From the NCBI RefSeq assembly GCF_006345805.1, contig NC_042998.1, positions 160,828,001-160,892,000 of the forward strand: a stretch of DNA of 64,000 nucleotides. The letters run 5' to 3'. This document shows positions 25,091 through 38,439 of this stretch, piece by piece (the stretch's first letter is position 1; every line of letters begins with the position of its first letter). The stretch comes from Octopus sinensis. Its lineage: Eukaryota. A program made the translations under genes and the position numbers. The notes under the pieces were generated by a model, which had not been told where the DNA came from, did not search any database, and saw nothing but the letters and a program-made list of their open reading frames with translations.

Positions 25091-25404
25091 ATCTATCTAT
25101 TTGTCTTCTTTGCTTACTATCCCAAGGAGGGTCATGGTGAGAAAGTCCTCAGGTACCTCCTCCATAGGGTTCAATCAGAAAGAACTATCATTAAACTTTT
25201 TGGTTGAATTCCTAAACACGACCAACTATTTCATTCTTAGTCTACACCTCGGTCTCTTGCTGTTTGGCTTGACTTAAAGAATCTGTCTTGCAGTTCTTTC
25301 CTGTGACATTCTAATCACAATATAAGCCAAGTAAAAATGGCTTCAACTTTAAATTGACAGTGAGTTAAGAACTTATCTAAGAACTCTTACACTACATCAC
25401 TCAC

Positions 25405-25462
25405 TATTTAAATTACTGAGAGAGAAAATTGAATTCTGCCTACAGTTATGAAGAAGTTTTAC
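25405..25462 (-). CDS. Candidate exon (58 nt; unverified)
   Basis: aatttcaatttcag|GTA AAA...AAT A|gtgagt; VKLLHNCRQNSIFSLSNLN. Confidence 0.15.
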
Positions 25463-25494
25463 CTGAAATTGAAATTTATTTCAAATTGGAATTT

Positions 25495-25496
<2 letters not shown>

Positions 25497-25580
<84 letters not shown>

Positions 25581-25598
25581 CTCTCTCTCTCTCTCTCT
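25497..25598. repeat. (CT)n microsatellite
   Basis: Direct reading. Confidence 0.95.
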
Positions 25599-27471
25599 AA
25601 TACTCTGAAGTATACCACTGCCCCATTAGAGGATCTGTAATTGATTTAAATTCCAATGTGGTGATTTTACTTCAGATCTATTGACTGAGTAGAAATTGTT
25701 TTTATTTTAATGTCTCCTCAAATCAATAAAAACTTAAATGAGCTACTCTAGTTTAATTTTATTGTATTTTAAGCAATATTTATTTTCTTAAGCATTATTT
25801 CATGCAAGAATACCTTACTTAGTGAGAGCATGGTTAAGCTAAATAGCTAAAATTCTAGCCAATGAGCTGTGAGACTGACAAGTTTGTATTTTGTCACCAG
25901 AATTGTGATGTGTCTAAGGTTGCCTTTGCCTGGTATAGAGAGATAATGTAAACTGAGGTAGAATAATCAGGGGGAAAATACTATGTGCATAAAACTTGAC
26001 GTAGGATGTGGCAAGGTTATATCATGTTAGCCTCATAGATGAGATAACATGGTCTGTGATATTTGTATATGGTCATTGTTTGATTACCTGTTTAATCAAG
26101 GCTCAGTTGAGATTAAACAACAATAACAACATCACCACCATCCATAGACTTGGTAACAGGGTGTGCAGTGGATGTAAGTGCACCCCCTAAAATTTTTGAA
26201 GAGCAATGAAAATGCTTTGAACATTCTGAAAATTTTCATCACCAAAACGAATAAGCAAAGAAACATTTTTAAATCAATTTGAAACATTACTCTTCCATTA
26301 CTGGATTTAGCTGATTTGACTGCTGTACAAATATAACCCTTTCTACTATAGGTACAAGGCCTGAAATTTTGTGGGAGGGGTTAAATCAATAACATCGACC
26401 CCAGTACTCAACTGGTACTTAATTTATCGACCCTGAAAGAAAAGCAGAGTCGAACTCAGCAGAATTTGGACTCAGAACGTAGTGATGGGGTGTTTGTTTC
26501 GATAGTATGATTGAACAAATTGACTTTGTAAAACATTTTGGACCTGGGTTTGCACCTACTAAACAAATTTTACTCCTGTACTTATGCTACCATGTTGAAC
26601 TAAATTGTCTGTACAACTACAGAAATTAATAGGAACAAATCCAAACATCCTGAATAGATGTCAGTTTCATTTCTAGTCCACGTCTAAAACTGATAAGGGT
26701 TGAAAAATTGTTTTAGAATATCCAAAGAAATTGGAAAAATTCTGCCTCAACCTTTCCAGATTTTCTTATGATGAGTTTCTTATGAACAGCCTCAGCATGA
26801 TTGCTCACCTTGTTAAAAATAGCAGCTAAGTCACAACTGAATCATATTTTGCTGTTATGTCTTTAAATGTAGCCTGACATATTCATGGAAATTAAAAAAA
26901 AACACAGACACAGATAAAAACGAAGAACAAAAACAGAATGATCATGATTGGAAAGGCTTTGATCATAGGTCTTGTCAAGGGATGGTCTGGAGCCAAACAA
27001 CTTCCTTTTTTTCTGCTGCAATTATAGTGAAACTTCTGAATAACAAACATGTAATGAATGTCTTGTATTTTCATATCCTAAGGATCTTACTTTCTACTTA
27101 ATCCCTTAGTATCTTATACTATGATCTATAAAAAGCTATTTCCTTGGTTGACTTTCAGTTTTTGGTGCAATTTCAAGCTGTATCTTGTTTTTGGATTTAT
27201 TTTTAAACTTAAATAGTATGTATTCTTTGAACTGCTCACTTTCATGTTTTCCTTACTTATGTCAATTTATTTTAAGATCCATTTTCTGTCTCACATTACG
27301 TATGGCCTTCCTAGGTTTTGCATTAAATATTAAAATGAAGATATTTGCCCAAGAACTAATACTTCTTTTTTATGAATTACTTTTTTTAAATTTTTCCATT
27401 TTTTCATCAAGTATTAATCTCCAATAGTTTAAAGGAAACATTAATTATATAATCTCACTTGCTCATCTTAC

Positions 27472-27547
27472 TTTCTGCACCAAAATCCTCCATAGACAAC
27501 TCTTCATTCTTGGATCAAAATATAAAAATAATGTATCTATGTATAGC
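27472..27547 (-). CDS. Candidate exon (76 nt; unverified)
   Basis: gcgtggttgcag|G CTA...CAG AAA|gtaaga; LYIDTLFLYFDPRMKSCLWRILVQK; phase-compatible with 25405-25462. Confidence 0.2.
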
Positions 27548-28654
27548 CTGCAACCACGCATAATTAAACACAGATATGTAAACTGATTCACTGACATATA
27601 TAATATACATATACAAACATAAACCTATATGAATACATGCATATATATGAATACATACATATATATACATATATGTATATGTATATATATATCTACATAT
27701 ACACATATGTATATATACATACACACATGTACATACATACATACATACATATGTAATATTCATACATATCTATATATGTATTTACATTTATGCATTTCTA
27801 CATACATATATATATATGTATATATTTATATGCATATATATATATATATATATGTACACACACACATGTATACATACATATATACATGAGGTAAGTTATA
27901 TGCATAAAGGTTTCCCTAAATTGAATCACGTTTAGAGTCATACTAAAAGAGTGGTTTTAGAGATCTAGTAATAAATACTTAAAGAAAAACACACTAAAAG
28001 CAGTTCCAACTTAGAATATATACAGAACAGCTTTACACCAGACTAGATTTTTTTTTCAGTGTCTGATAGGTGTCTTGGTTTCATGGTATTATTAGCTTGA
28101 CTCATGCAAGCCATCCTTGGCAAGCTGACCTGAAATATATTCACAATTTTCATGGGAAAATGGATTCATTACAGCTATGTCTGTGTCTGAAAACTGCAGA
28201 ATATCTAATGTTAGCTTGAACTAAGGAGGATATGACATCTATCTCCAGGTTGTTTTCTCTTCATCGTTACCTCAACTGAATTGAGCAATGCTCTAAATAA
28301 AACACAAGAAACCAAAATATATAAATAAATAAATGAATAAATAAATAAAAATTACAAAAACAAAGCAAAAACAGTAAATATACCCTCTAAACAGTGAATA
28401 TAGATTACAACAAAGATTTTTTGGATAAATTAGTAGTAGTAGTAGTAGCAGTAGTAAGAGTAGTAGTAGCGGCAGCAGCAGCAGTAGTAGCAACAATAAA
28501 AATAGCAGCAGCAGCAGTAATGTTTACAATAGCAGAACTTGAGTAATAATCTTTGTTTTCCAGAATTGTGGTGGTTAGTTTCGGTAAAAACAAGGTAAGA
28601 TTGGTAACTATGTTTAGTAACTAGAAATAATAATGAATGTTTTAGCCTCAATTC

Positions 28655-28870
28655 TTTTACTTTTTACTTTCAGTCATTTGACTGTGGCCATGCAGGACTA
28701 CCACCTTGAATGGGTTTTAGTCAAACAAATCAACCCCAGGACTTATTTCTTAAGCCTAGTACTTATTCTACTGGTTCTCTTTTACCTAACTACTAAGTTA
28801 CAGGGATGTAAACACACCAACACCAGTTGTCTAGCAGTGGTGCGGGGACAAACACAAACACATACATAAA
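28655..28870 (-). mobile_element. SINE family A fragment
   Basis: Reverse complement of the family A 3' half (cagtcatttgactgtggccatg...acaccagttgtc). Confidence 0.7.
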
Positions 28871-28909
28871 TATATACATGTATATGAGTGGATTTGGTAA
28901 ACAGAAACT

Positions 28910-29280
28910 TAATTTCAAATCACTATTCAACATTCAGGGATAGTAAAAAACGACATAGTACAGGGCTAAGTAAATTAGTTTGGCGTCTTAAAGACAACAA
29001 TATAATTTTCAAGTTAGATTGGTTCATACTGTCTGTATCTTTTCCTTTTGATAAGGGCAGGAGATTTTGTAACATTTGTAATTCTGAACTCTTCCATATT
29101 CTTTTCTCTAAGGTTCCCCTAGTAAACACACTCATAGAAAAATCATACAAATGTAGACACTGGCAGAAACACACTTTCTACTCATATAAATGACAACGAT
29201 AGCCACTGTGGTTTGAACAATTAGCTTTATGTCCACCCCACTACTATAGAGAAATTCTTTCCTAAGCCTTCGAACATTCT
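28910..29280 (+). mobile_element. Penelope-like element, C-terminal GIY-YIG endonuclease fragment
   Basis: NHYSTFRDSKKRHSTGLSKLVWRLKD...LDW.IL...CNICNSELFHILF...KCRH matches the NH..SF...ST.LS..W...C.LC..EK...KCRH tail of C-terminal-EN PLEs. Confidence 0.8.
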
Positions 29281-29281
29281 T

Positions 29282-29770
29282 TCAATCAATGTACCCTTCC
29301 TTCTCCACTTGTTCCCTACCTATTATTCCTTTATCCCTTCTCTTTCTACTATCTAACTTTGACGTCAATTCTTCTAACGGTTTTTTAAAAAAAGCACTCA
29401 TTATTGCTTTGTTTACCATGTAGGCAATCATCAAAATTTTTGTTTGTCTTGTTGTCGAGAGAGGCTCCCTTGCTTTCCTGATGAGAAGATTGCATAATGC
29501 ACCCTTTATTCCTTTGGAATGAAAATATGCTGTCTTCGAAACATATGTCGAGAGTAAAGGAATTTTGTTAACATCTTCGTTCGACTCCATTCTTTCATTT
29601 ATTCATATACAACACACAAATTTCTGCACATGAACCCGGAGTTTCTACCCTTGACAGGTCGCTTCAACCGTGTTTCTGATGTGAATTTGCTACCCAGGTT
29701 TCGGTTAAACGAATTTTCCATGCTGACGATAAACATAAGATAATTCATTCACCTACTTAAATATCCCTAT
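29282..29770 (-). mobile_element. Possible inverted PLE 5' segment (pseudo-LTR plus ORF start) abutting the EN fragment tail-to-tail
   Basis: CpG-retaining segment with a 102-aa minus-strand ORF (MESNEDVNKI...) and a hammerhead-like remnant at 29686-29733, ending at (TA)n. Confidence 0.4.
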
Positions 29771-29979
29771 ATATATTTACGTGTATATATATATATATAT
29801 GTATGTATATAGATTTTATATATCAACCCCAAGTGAGTTTATTTGTTTATTTGCATCATTATCTGCCTGTCTGTCTGTCACTCTCTCTCTCTCTTTCTGT
29901 ATAATATGTATATTATACAGAAGAAATCTCTATTCCTTTGTATGAAACATATATACTTATATAATGTATATATATGTGT

Positions 29980-30233
29980 AGATGGCACATAAAAAGCACC
30001 ATTGAGCATAGCTGTTGCCAATACCACCTGACTGGCCCTCGTGCCAGTGGCATGTAAAAGCACCCGCTACATTCTTGGAGTGGTTGGCTTTAGGAAGGAC
30101 CTCCAGCAGTAGAAACTCTGCCAGATCAGATTGGAGTCTGGTGCAGCCATCTGGTTTGCCAGCCCTCAGTCAAATTGTCTAACCCATGCTAGCATGGAAA
30201 GCGGACGTTAAGTGATGATGATGATGATGATGA
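29980..30233 (+). mobile_element. RTE 3' UTR fragment with (GAT)n tail
   Basis: ggagtggttggctttaggaagg...aacccatgctagcatggaaagcggacgttaagtgatgatg. Confidence 0.75.
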
Positions 30234-33184
30234 ATCAAAATGTAAATTCCATAAATTCCATAAATTCCATGCAAAGGAAATTAGAAATATAATATAAAAG
30301 CCTGTGGTTATTCTGTTTTTATAATTAAACATGTATTTCTTAACATATTTATTAGTATAAATCTCATAACTAGATTTTCTTAAAGATGTAGAATTCCATA
30401 TTTCAGGGACAGTTGTAATATTGATATCAAATTTTGGCACAAGATCAGTAATTTCGGGGAAGCAGGTAAGCTGATTACATCAGCCCCAGTATTCAACTGG
30501 TACTTATTTTATCAACCTCGAAAGGATGAAAGGCAAAGTCAATCTAGGCAGAATTTGAACTCAGAACATGGAGACAGACAAAATGCTGGTAAGCTTTTCG
30601 CCCAGCATGCTAACAATTCTGATAGCTTTCTGTCTTAGGGAAAGTTGTAATTTTAAAGTCTATTCCTATGAAGAGATCTTTTTTAATAATAACCATGGTT
30701 ATATAAAAATGAAATAAGAGCTTAAGTTATAGTGAAAATAAAAATACCTGATCCATTTTGACATAAAATAATTAGTATGGAGGATTTCTTGCCACATAGA
30801 ATATATATGACAATGTGCTATACAATGAAGAAGACTATCACAATATCAGTTGTATGAATAAAACTGAGTCACCATCTGCTAACATTGTTTGCAATTTGGG
30901 CTGCTATGTAAAATTCTCTAATGGATTGCTTTCTGTAATTTGAGTTGCATAAAAATAAAGAAAATTAGATTTCTAAATGAAAAAAAATTCTTACGAATTT
31001 TAAAGTGGATGTTCATTATAGTAATTATCAGCTGCCATAGGAATTACCTATTTATTTAATACAGCAGCCATTTTCAAAAAATTCCAATTTTCTTTTCATG
31101 AATAACTGCTATGCTATAATCCAGTGTTCCGACCGTTCCATGACTTATAGCGGTTTTTAAGAGACAATGGAGATTAAATAGAGAAAGTAATCAGACAATC
31201 AGCTTAAAATGTTTTTGCAAATTGTGTGAATTTAAAGCAGAAATCTATCAGTTTTCTTTCAAAATGTTTATTAATTGATTTCACAATTTGGTTAATAATA
31301 TTTCTACTGATTTTGTTGTGATACAATCACAACTCATAATGGGTTGATGGAGCACAATCAGAAGGGAAATACTTTGAAGTAGGTGTCTCTTAAATTTCAT
31401 GTAGTATTTATGGGCTGGCATTCAATGTTAGTTTCTTGACTTAAAATGAATAAGACCAATCTATATTAAGCAATACTCTTATTTCCAAAAGGCAAAAGAA
31501 ATAATTCACAGGCAATTACATATAATGCCCAAATACACAATAAAATATCTGCAGCAGGTATTTCTGAAAGTTTAGACTTTATCCTCTAAAGACATTCCAC
31601 TTTTACAACAGAAAGAAATGAACTCAAAATGAGAAGCTATTGAAATGCTTGTTAGTTTTACAACAGTATCAATACCTTTATATAAAATGGATCGCTGTCA
31701 GTTTTGATGACAAATATTCAGTTGTTTGATCATTGTCTGATCAACTAACTGAATTGTATGTCCCTTGAATTGGTATATAACTGACTGAATATTCTACAGA
31801 CATGTATATCCTTATAACACAACGTATGACAAAGTTGGAGAGGCAAAGCCCATGTGGCTAAAAATATTGGAGAAAAAAAATCCACCGGTACCACTTGCCA
31901 AAACCTTGCAAGGATTAGGTTTGATCTGAAATTATAGCTAAAGACATCCAAATTGAGATTGAACTTTCTAACTATTCAGTCATGCTATGTTCAATACCTA
32001 TAGTGGTGAACAATATAAGTGTGCAGTAATGACAGAGAAATAAGTGACTCCTACCTTCAGAGTTATGAGACAGAAGCATAACATGAACCACGTACTTCTT
32101 GGTCAGTATTGTACTGACTCAAAAACAATGAGCTGGATCTGAAACAACATTGATGTATGATCTGCAAGAAATAGTAACTAAATGTTTCTCAAATAACATC
32201 TTACCATCTTAAAAGAGTAAAATGCATATTAGATAAGAGTAGTCCTAAATATCCTTAATATGCTGGAATAATCAGAGTTGGAATGCATTTGTTCAGGCTT
32301 TTGATCAGGATTTTAAGAATCCTTTTTTTTGGCATTATAAAACGTTACACTATTTAGTTACTACTTGATACTGATTCAAATTGATTTTATTGTTTTATAA
32401 TAGTAATTTTAATGTAAGCATAGGCCACAAACTTTGGGTGATGTGTAGAGGTGACCCCAGTACTTACTTCACATAAAGAGAATAGCAACTTCCTTGAACC
32501 AATGTGATATAAGTAAACAATAAAAGAATATGGCTGAGAATTTCTTTTACTGTGAAGAGAGAATTACAGATTTATTAATTTCTTAAATATTTTGGGTGAC
32601 TCTCCTATCTACAGAAAAAAATAGTAATAATGAATTATTACAAACCAGAGATAGTCACATGTTTTCATAGGTGAAAACACATGATGATCTCTGATTTCTA
32701 ATAATTCATTGATGCTTTCTTTGTAGATGGACAATTCTACTGAGGAAAACAGCAATTAATTCTTTCTCTACATTGTAAGCAATTTATTGCATTATTTTTT
32801 TATTGTTTACTTGATTAAGTCTTAATTAATTAATGTTGTAAGGAAAAATAATGAAGTTTACCTTGGTAGAGTTTGAACTCAGAATGTAAAGAGTTGTAAC
32901 TAAATTCTGTAACATATTTTATGAAGTTTCTTATTCTTCTTATTCTGTTAAGGTGGGAAAGTCATTTTTAATTTTTTGCAACTGAAGACTTAGGTCTAGA
33001 TTTCTAATCAGTCCAGTCTTCTTGCTGATATTTTTTATTCTATCTATCTTTCTATATTGATAAATATATGTACACATACGCACATACACACACATACATA
33101 CATACATACATACATACACACACACATACACATAAATACATACACACACACTGTATATATAAATACATTATATATATACACATG

Positions 33185-33228
<44 letters not shown>

Positions 33229-33256
33229 CACATACATGCATACATACATACATACA

Positions 33257-33315
<59 letters not shown>

Positions 33316-33352
33316 CCAAAGTGTACATACACCGCCATATGTATATAAAAAG

Positions 33353-34208
33353 GAATGCAAAAAATGGGACAAGAACGCAAAACATCTAGACAACTAGATG
33401 ATACAAAAAAGGGACAATGAAACAGAGAGGTAGAGGCAGAGGGACAGAAGAATTAGGGAGGGACGAGATGGTCCCTTATATGTAAGTAGATATATATACA
33501 TATCTAAATTTTGTACGACTTTCTTATTCTTTCATTCTTTCTATCTGTCAGCCCCTTCACACTTTGTTCTTTCCACTCTTCTTTCTTTCTATCTGTCAGC
33601 CCCTTCACACTTTGTTCTTTCCACTCTTCTCTCACATTTCCTGGCTTTCTCTTCATTCTCACCTTCCCTCCTCTTTTACCTCACTCTCTCCCTTTTTTCT
33701 CGTCCCTCCTTAATTCTTCTGTCCCTCTGCCTCTACCTCTCTTCTCTCTCCCCATGTGACGGTGTTCGACCAAGCCTGACCTTTCTTTCTTGGTTTGACT
33801 ACCATCCATGCAACATCTATATTCCTCCCCATGCCTGTCATCTCTTATGTCCCTGCTGGAAGGCTTCACCTTCACACACACCAGCTTAATTCAATTCGTC
33901 CTTAGTCGAAAGACACCTCTTGTTATGTCCTGTTATTTGCATTTGTATTCGTGTACCATTTCTCGGTTTGTTTTTTTTCCCGTCCTTCTTTTCATATACA
34001 TTCGCTGCTTTCTTCCAAGGAATTTAATGCTCTTAGCTTAGTTTTTCCTTGGGGCTGACCAGATTGGAGCTATCTCGAGTACAACCAGTTGAAATGGCAA
34101 AGATAATCTGGAACTCGACTGAGGAAAGAAAACTTCAAATGACCCGTCTGTCTTTTGAATCATCTGTCTGGATGTTTTGTGTTCTTGTCCCATTTTTTTG
34201 TATTTCTA
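33353..34208. mobile_element. Composite repeat with ~55-bp inverted termini, embedded in TA/CA microsatellite (PLE-like)
   Basis: aaaaaatgggacaagaacgcaaaacatctagaca (33353-33410) versus its reverse complement at 34152-34208; internal 48-bp tandem duplication at 33536-33630. Confidence 0.55.
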
Positions 34209-34349
34209 TATATATTATATATGTGTGTGGTTATATATATACCTATATATATCAATAAGTAATAATATATATATACTTATTTATATATATATTTATATGT
34301 ATATGTATATATATCTCCCTGGCTCTCCTGTGTGACCTTTCTGTCCAGC

Positions 34350-34550
34350 TTTCACCATGATAGATTGCTAGCCACTACACATTCTTTATTTTCTCTCCTT
34401 GTTTCTTTCTGTGTTCCTTTCTGTTGAAGAGCGTAGGCTCGAAATGTTAAAGACTTTTCACTTCCCAAGCATTATACTAATACCTCTGTTTGTTGTCTAC
34501 ACCACCTGTCTTCATCTTTTGTTTTTTTTTGTGAATTCTCCCCCGATATA
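34350..34550 (+). mobile_element. Family H2 repeat with variant hammerhead motif (34417-34452)
   Basis: CUUU CUGUUGA A [GAGC GUAG GCUC] GAAA UG UU^AAAG. Confidence 0.7.
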
Positions 34551-35048
34551 TATATATACATACATAGGAAAATGATATGAATCGAATATGACAGAAACCC
34601 TGAGATTTGAAACAGTAATATAACAGCAGCTATAATAAGAATGTTGCTTGTTAATCTCTGATATACTACTTATTAATGTTGGATAAGTGTGTGTGCAAAT
34701 GTGTGCAAGTGTATGTGATACATGTATGTGTTTATATGTATGTTATAATAATACTATCAGTAATATGTCAAATAATCTTATATGAAGTAAAGCAAGCTAG
34801 AATAAAGTGTTTTTCTCTAGATACTTGCCTTAAGACAAAGTAATTCTCAAAACTGGTATTAATCTGACAATAAATAAATAATATGAACAAAAGAATAATA
34901 GCATAAAATACTTGTCTTCATTTAGATTTTTTTTACTGCTCCAATTGTTTTAGTTGTCAAAAATATCTACAAGGCTGTTTCTTTATGTGAGAGCTGAGAA
35001 TTGATCTCATGGGTGAGTTAGCAAAGAATATTATAAGCTTTGGGCACT

Positions 35049-35083
<35 letters not shown>

Positions 35084-36082
35084 TGTTACCATCATCATCA
35101 TCATTAGCATCATCATCATCATCATCACCTTCATTATCAGCATTGTCATCATTACCACTCCCCATCACTGTCATTATTATCATCTCCATTATCGCAGTCA
35201 TCATCATCATCATCCAGCACCATTGTAGTGGCATGGTAGTAGTAATAGTGGTGGTGGTGGTGGTGGTGGTGGTAAAAAAACAGCAATTGAAAATTGATAG
35301 AGGAAATCTCTAATGTACTGTGTTTAACATCATGCAGCAAAACTAACAAACAAACAAGAAAAACAACAGCAAACTAATAGACGTATATACGGATGTAATT
35401 ATTTATTGTAGAATGGCTAAATTCTGTAAAATGGCTCAAAATTGCTAAAACACACAAATTAAAAAGAAATATTTTTAAAATATTAGCCAACAACAAAAAA
35501 GCTATAAAAACTGTAAAATATTTTGTTATCTCTGCAAATAAACAGACATTGTTGCTTTTTTCTCTTCAATAAACCAATTCTCTTTTCTTTAGAATATATA
35601 AAAGTTATCTTAAGAGATCTAAAATTCATATCTAATTGATAATATATTGATAATTCATTTCATATTATTGTGCTGTTTAAAAAAAAAAAAACCCAAAAGC
35701 CCGAGTACTCTACTTGCTTTGCAGTGTTCTATTTAGTAAAGAAATTAATATGAATAGTACAGAGGAAGCATAGAATATGTATGTTTGAGTCTTCTATTTT
35801 TCTGATTTTTGTTTTAATATGAAAACAATTGATTCACATGTAAGCCTCTAACTTACAGAGAAGGAAGAACTGGACAGAGTAATTTATAAATAATTTTTTT
35901 AATGTGAATTACATGCTTTAGAGTGTGGGATACAACAGAATGATGGAATATACTACAAAAACAGAAATAGACTCAAGAAACTCCTTTGTTTTACCCATGA
36001 CAGCTGTTTCAAAAGTCAACCATTTTCTCTTTGTATTCTGTTTCTTTTTTTGCTAGTTTTTTATTGTTTTTGTTTTAAATAC

Positions 36083-36683
36083 ATCTTTTAGCTTTTACTT
36101 GTTTCGGTCATTAGACTGTGGCCATGATGCAACACTTTGTAAGTCCTCAAAGGTTTGAACTATAGCAAGTCAATGCCTGCTGGGATGATATAAGCAAAGA
36201 GAGATTTCCAAAGGACTAACAATCCTTCAAAGGAAGAACAGTGCATAGTGTCTAGTGCAGCTCCAGGGGTGGGGGGGGTGAGACTCAAGAGTGATAAAAG
36301 GAAGAGAGAGACAAGTTGGACCAGAATGCATGAGGAGACGTGGTGGAATCCTAGCAAGCTCTGATGGGAGAGGAAGATATAGTCAAACACATTAACCCCA
36401 GTTAATTTTTTAAATCCTGGTACTTATCCTATCAGTATCTTTTGTTGAACCACTAAGTTACACACCAGCACCAGTTGTCAAGTTGTGATGATGCACAAAC
36501 ACAAACACAGAAGACACACATATATACAATGGGCTTCTTTCAGTTTCTCTCTATCAAATCCACTCACAAGTCTTTGTTCAGTATGAGGCTATAGCAGAAG
36601 ACATTTGCCCAGTATGCTATGCAATACAACTGAACCCAGAACCATGTGGCTGGGAAGCAAACTTATTGTGCAGCCATGCTGGC
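36083..36683 (-). mobile_element. SINE family A interrupted by a ~250-bp L2/CR1-like 3' fragment (36138-36390)
   Basis: SINE halves match the family A consensus; the insert translates ..LWKSLFAYIIPAGIDL.. on the minus strand. Confidence 0.65.
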
Positions 36684-37390
36684 ATCTTTCAAACAATTTT
36701 ATGGCTCCAGAATCCTGAGTGTTTTACTCATACACAAATATTTCTGTATTTTTTAAAGTATCATAAAACATAGTCTCTGATATTTTAGATTGCATATTCT
36801 TTAGTTCACACTGTTATCAGTACTTCTTCAAGATATGATGTACACAATTTTGCTCAATCTAAAATGCCAGTTCCAATTTATAGCTGACTGGTTAGTCAGT
36901 AAGAATGATTTAAAATTTTGGCACTAGGCCAGTAATTTCTGGAGAGGGCTAAGTCAATTACTTTGATCTCAGTACTCAACTGGTACTTGTTTTATCGACC
37001 CCAAAAGGATAAATGGTAAAGTTGACCATAGCAGAATTTGAAATTACAATGTAAAGATGGACAAAGTGCTACTAAGCATTTTGCCCAGCATTCTAAGCAA
37101 AATTATGAAACAACAACAAGGCCTGAAATTTTATGGGAGAATGGTAGTCAATTACCTCAACCCCAGTACTTGACTGGTACTTATTTCATCGACCCTGAAA
37201 GGTCGACACGTGCCTGCATGCATGCGTGTGTGTGTGCATGCATGTATGTATGCATGTATGTGCTTATATATATATATATAATCAAATCAAAATCGATGAA
37301 CATCAATGGAATTTGTAGTTTTGTGGTACCAGTGCCGGTGGCACATAAGAAAACCATATATACATACACATATACACATACATGCTGGTT

Positions 37391-37882
37391 TTCTTTCAGT
37401 TTCTATTTACCAAATCCACTCACAAGGTGCCATGCAGTGAAACTGACCACAGAACCAAGTGGCTGGGAAACAAACTTCTAAAAAACAAGTTGTCTTCACA
37501 AATAGTTCTGAGTAGCTTAAAATGATATGGTACCACACACAGAAATGAGAGAGAAAATTAGAAAATAGAAGAGTTTGTCAAAAAAATGAAAGCTTGAAAT
37601 AAAGTAATAGCTATAAATATTTTAGCCATCTCAGTTTTAAACTACAGTTTCAACATAATACACTGAAAGTTAAGTAAATTGAACAGCTTAAACAGGAAAA
37701 TGACTCAAGTACTACTTGTAGTGTTCAGAAGCCACTCAGAAGCTGATATGAATATAATATGCCAGTCCAGCATGAAGAGAGGATGGAATCTGATACAAAT
37801 AGAAAATCATTACAATGTAATAACAGGAGGACTAGAAATGTTAAGCAAAGAAATGGAAATAGATTAGTGTAATAAGCAATTT
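37391..37882 (+). repeat. Left arm of a local inverted duplication (partner 41303-41813)
   Basis: Near-identical ORF-track peptides at 37679(+) and 41318(-); shared sequence extends over ~450 bp with two reciprocal indels. Confidence 0.9.
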
Positions 37883-38439
37883 ATGGGGGAAGGGTAAGTC
37901 AATTACATCAACCCCAGTGTTCGACTAGTATTCAATTTATCAACACTGGAAGAATGGAAGACAAAGTCATACTTCATGGAATTTGAACTCATAATGTAAA
38001 GACAGATGAAAGGCTGCTAAGCATTTTTCCCAACATGCTAATAATTCTGCCAGCTCACCACCTTTTAGTAAGGCAATATTAAGAAAAATTAAATTCATTT
38101 TCACTCAGTAAGGAAACAATAAAATACAAACTGGAATCTAACAATGCTAAAGAAAAAGATTTAAAAGAAAAGTTAAAAAACAAGCTAAAAAGGAAAAGAA
38201 AAGACAATAACAAAACAGAAATTCAAAATTAACTTAGGAAGAATTGAGGTGAAAACCATTCCATGGTTAATACTCTGCAAGACTCAACAAAGAGGAGTAA
38301 ACTAGGACAAAGGCCAATAATGACTCTAAAATTCTGTATCAGATGGTTTGATGTTACCAGCAGGGACCATTTTCCAGCCAGCAACAATCACAAAAATAAA
38401 ATAAAGGAAAAAAATGCTAACATTAAATCAAGACTATGT

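Noticed and set aside
28564-28594. Plus-strand micro-exon ttttccag|...AAG|gtaaga (also 5700-5736)
   Set aside because: Good splice signals, but no supporting neighbours or recognisable peptide; expected by chance.
34108-34150. ctgagga aagaaaacttc aaatg as a hammerhead
   Set aside because: No GAAA and no stem III/NUH arrangement.
37679-37867. 62-aa ORF duplicated at 41318-41506 as a gene pair
   Set aside because: Explained by a DNA-level inverted duplication; non-ATG start, no domain and no splice support.
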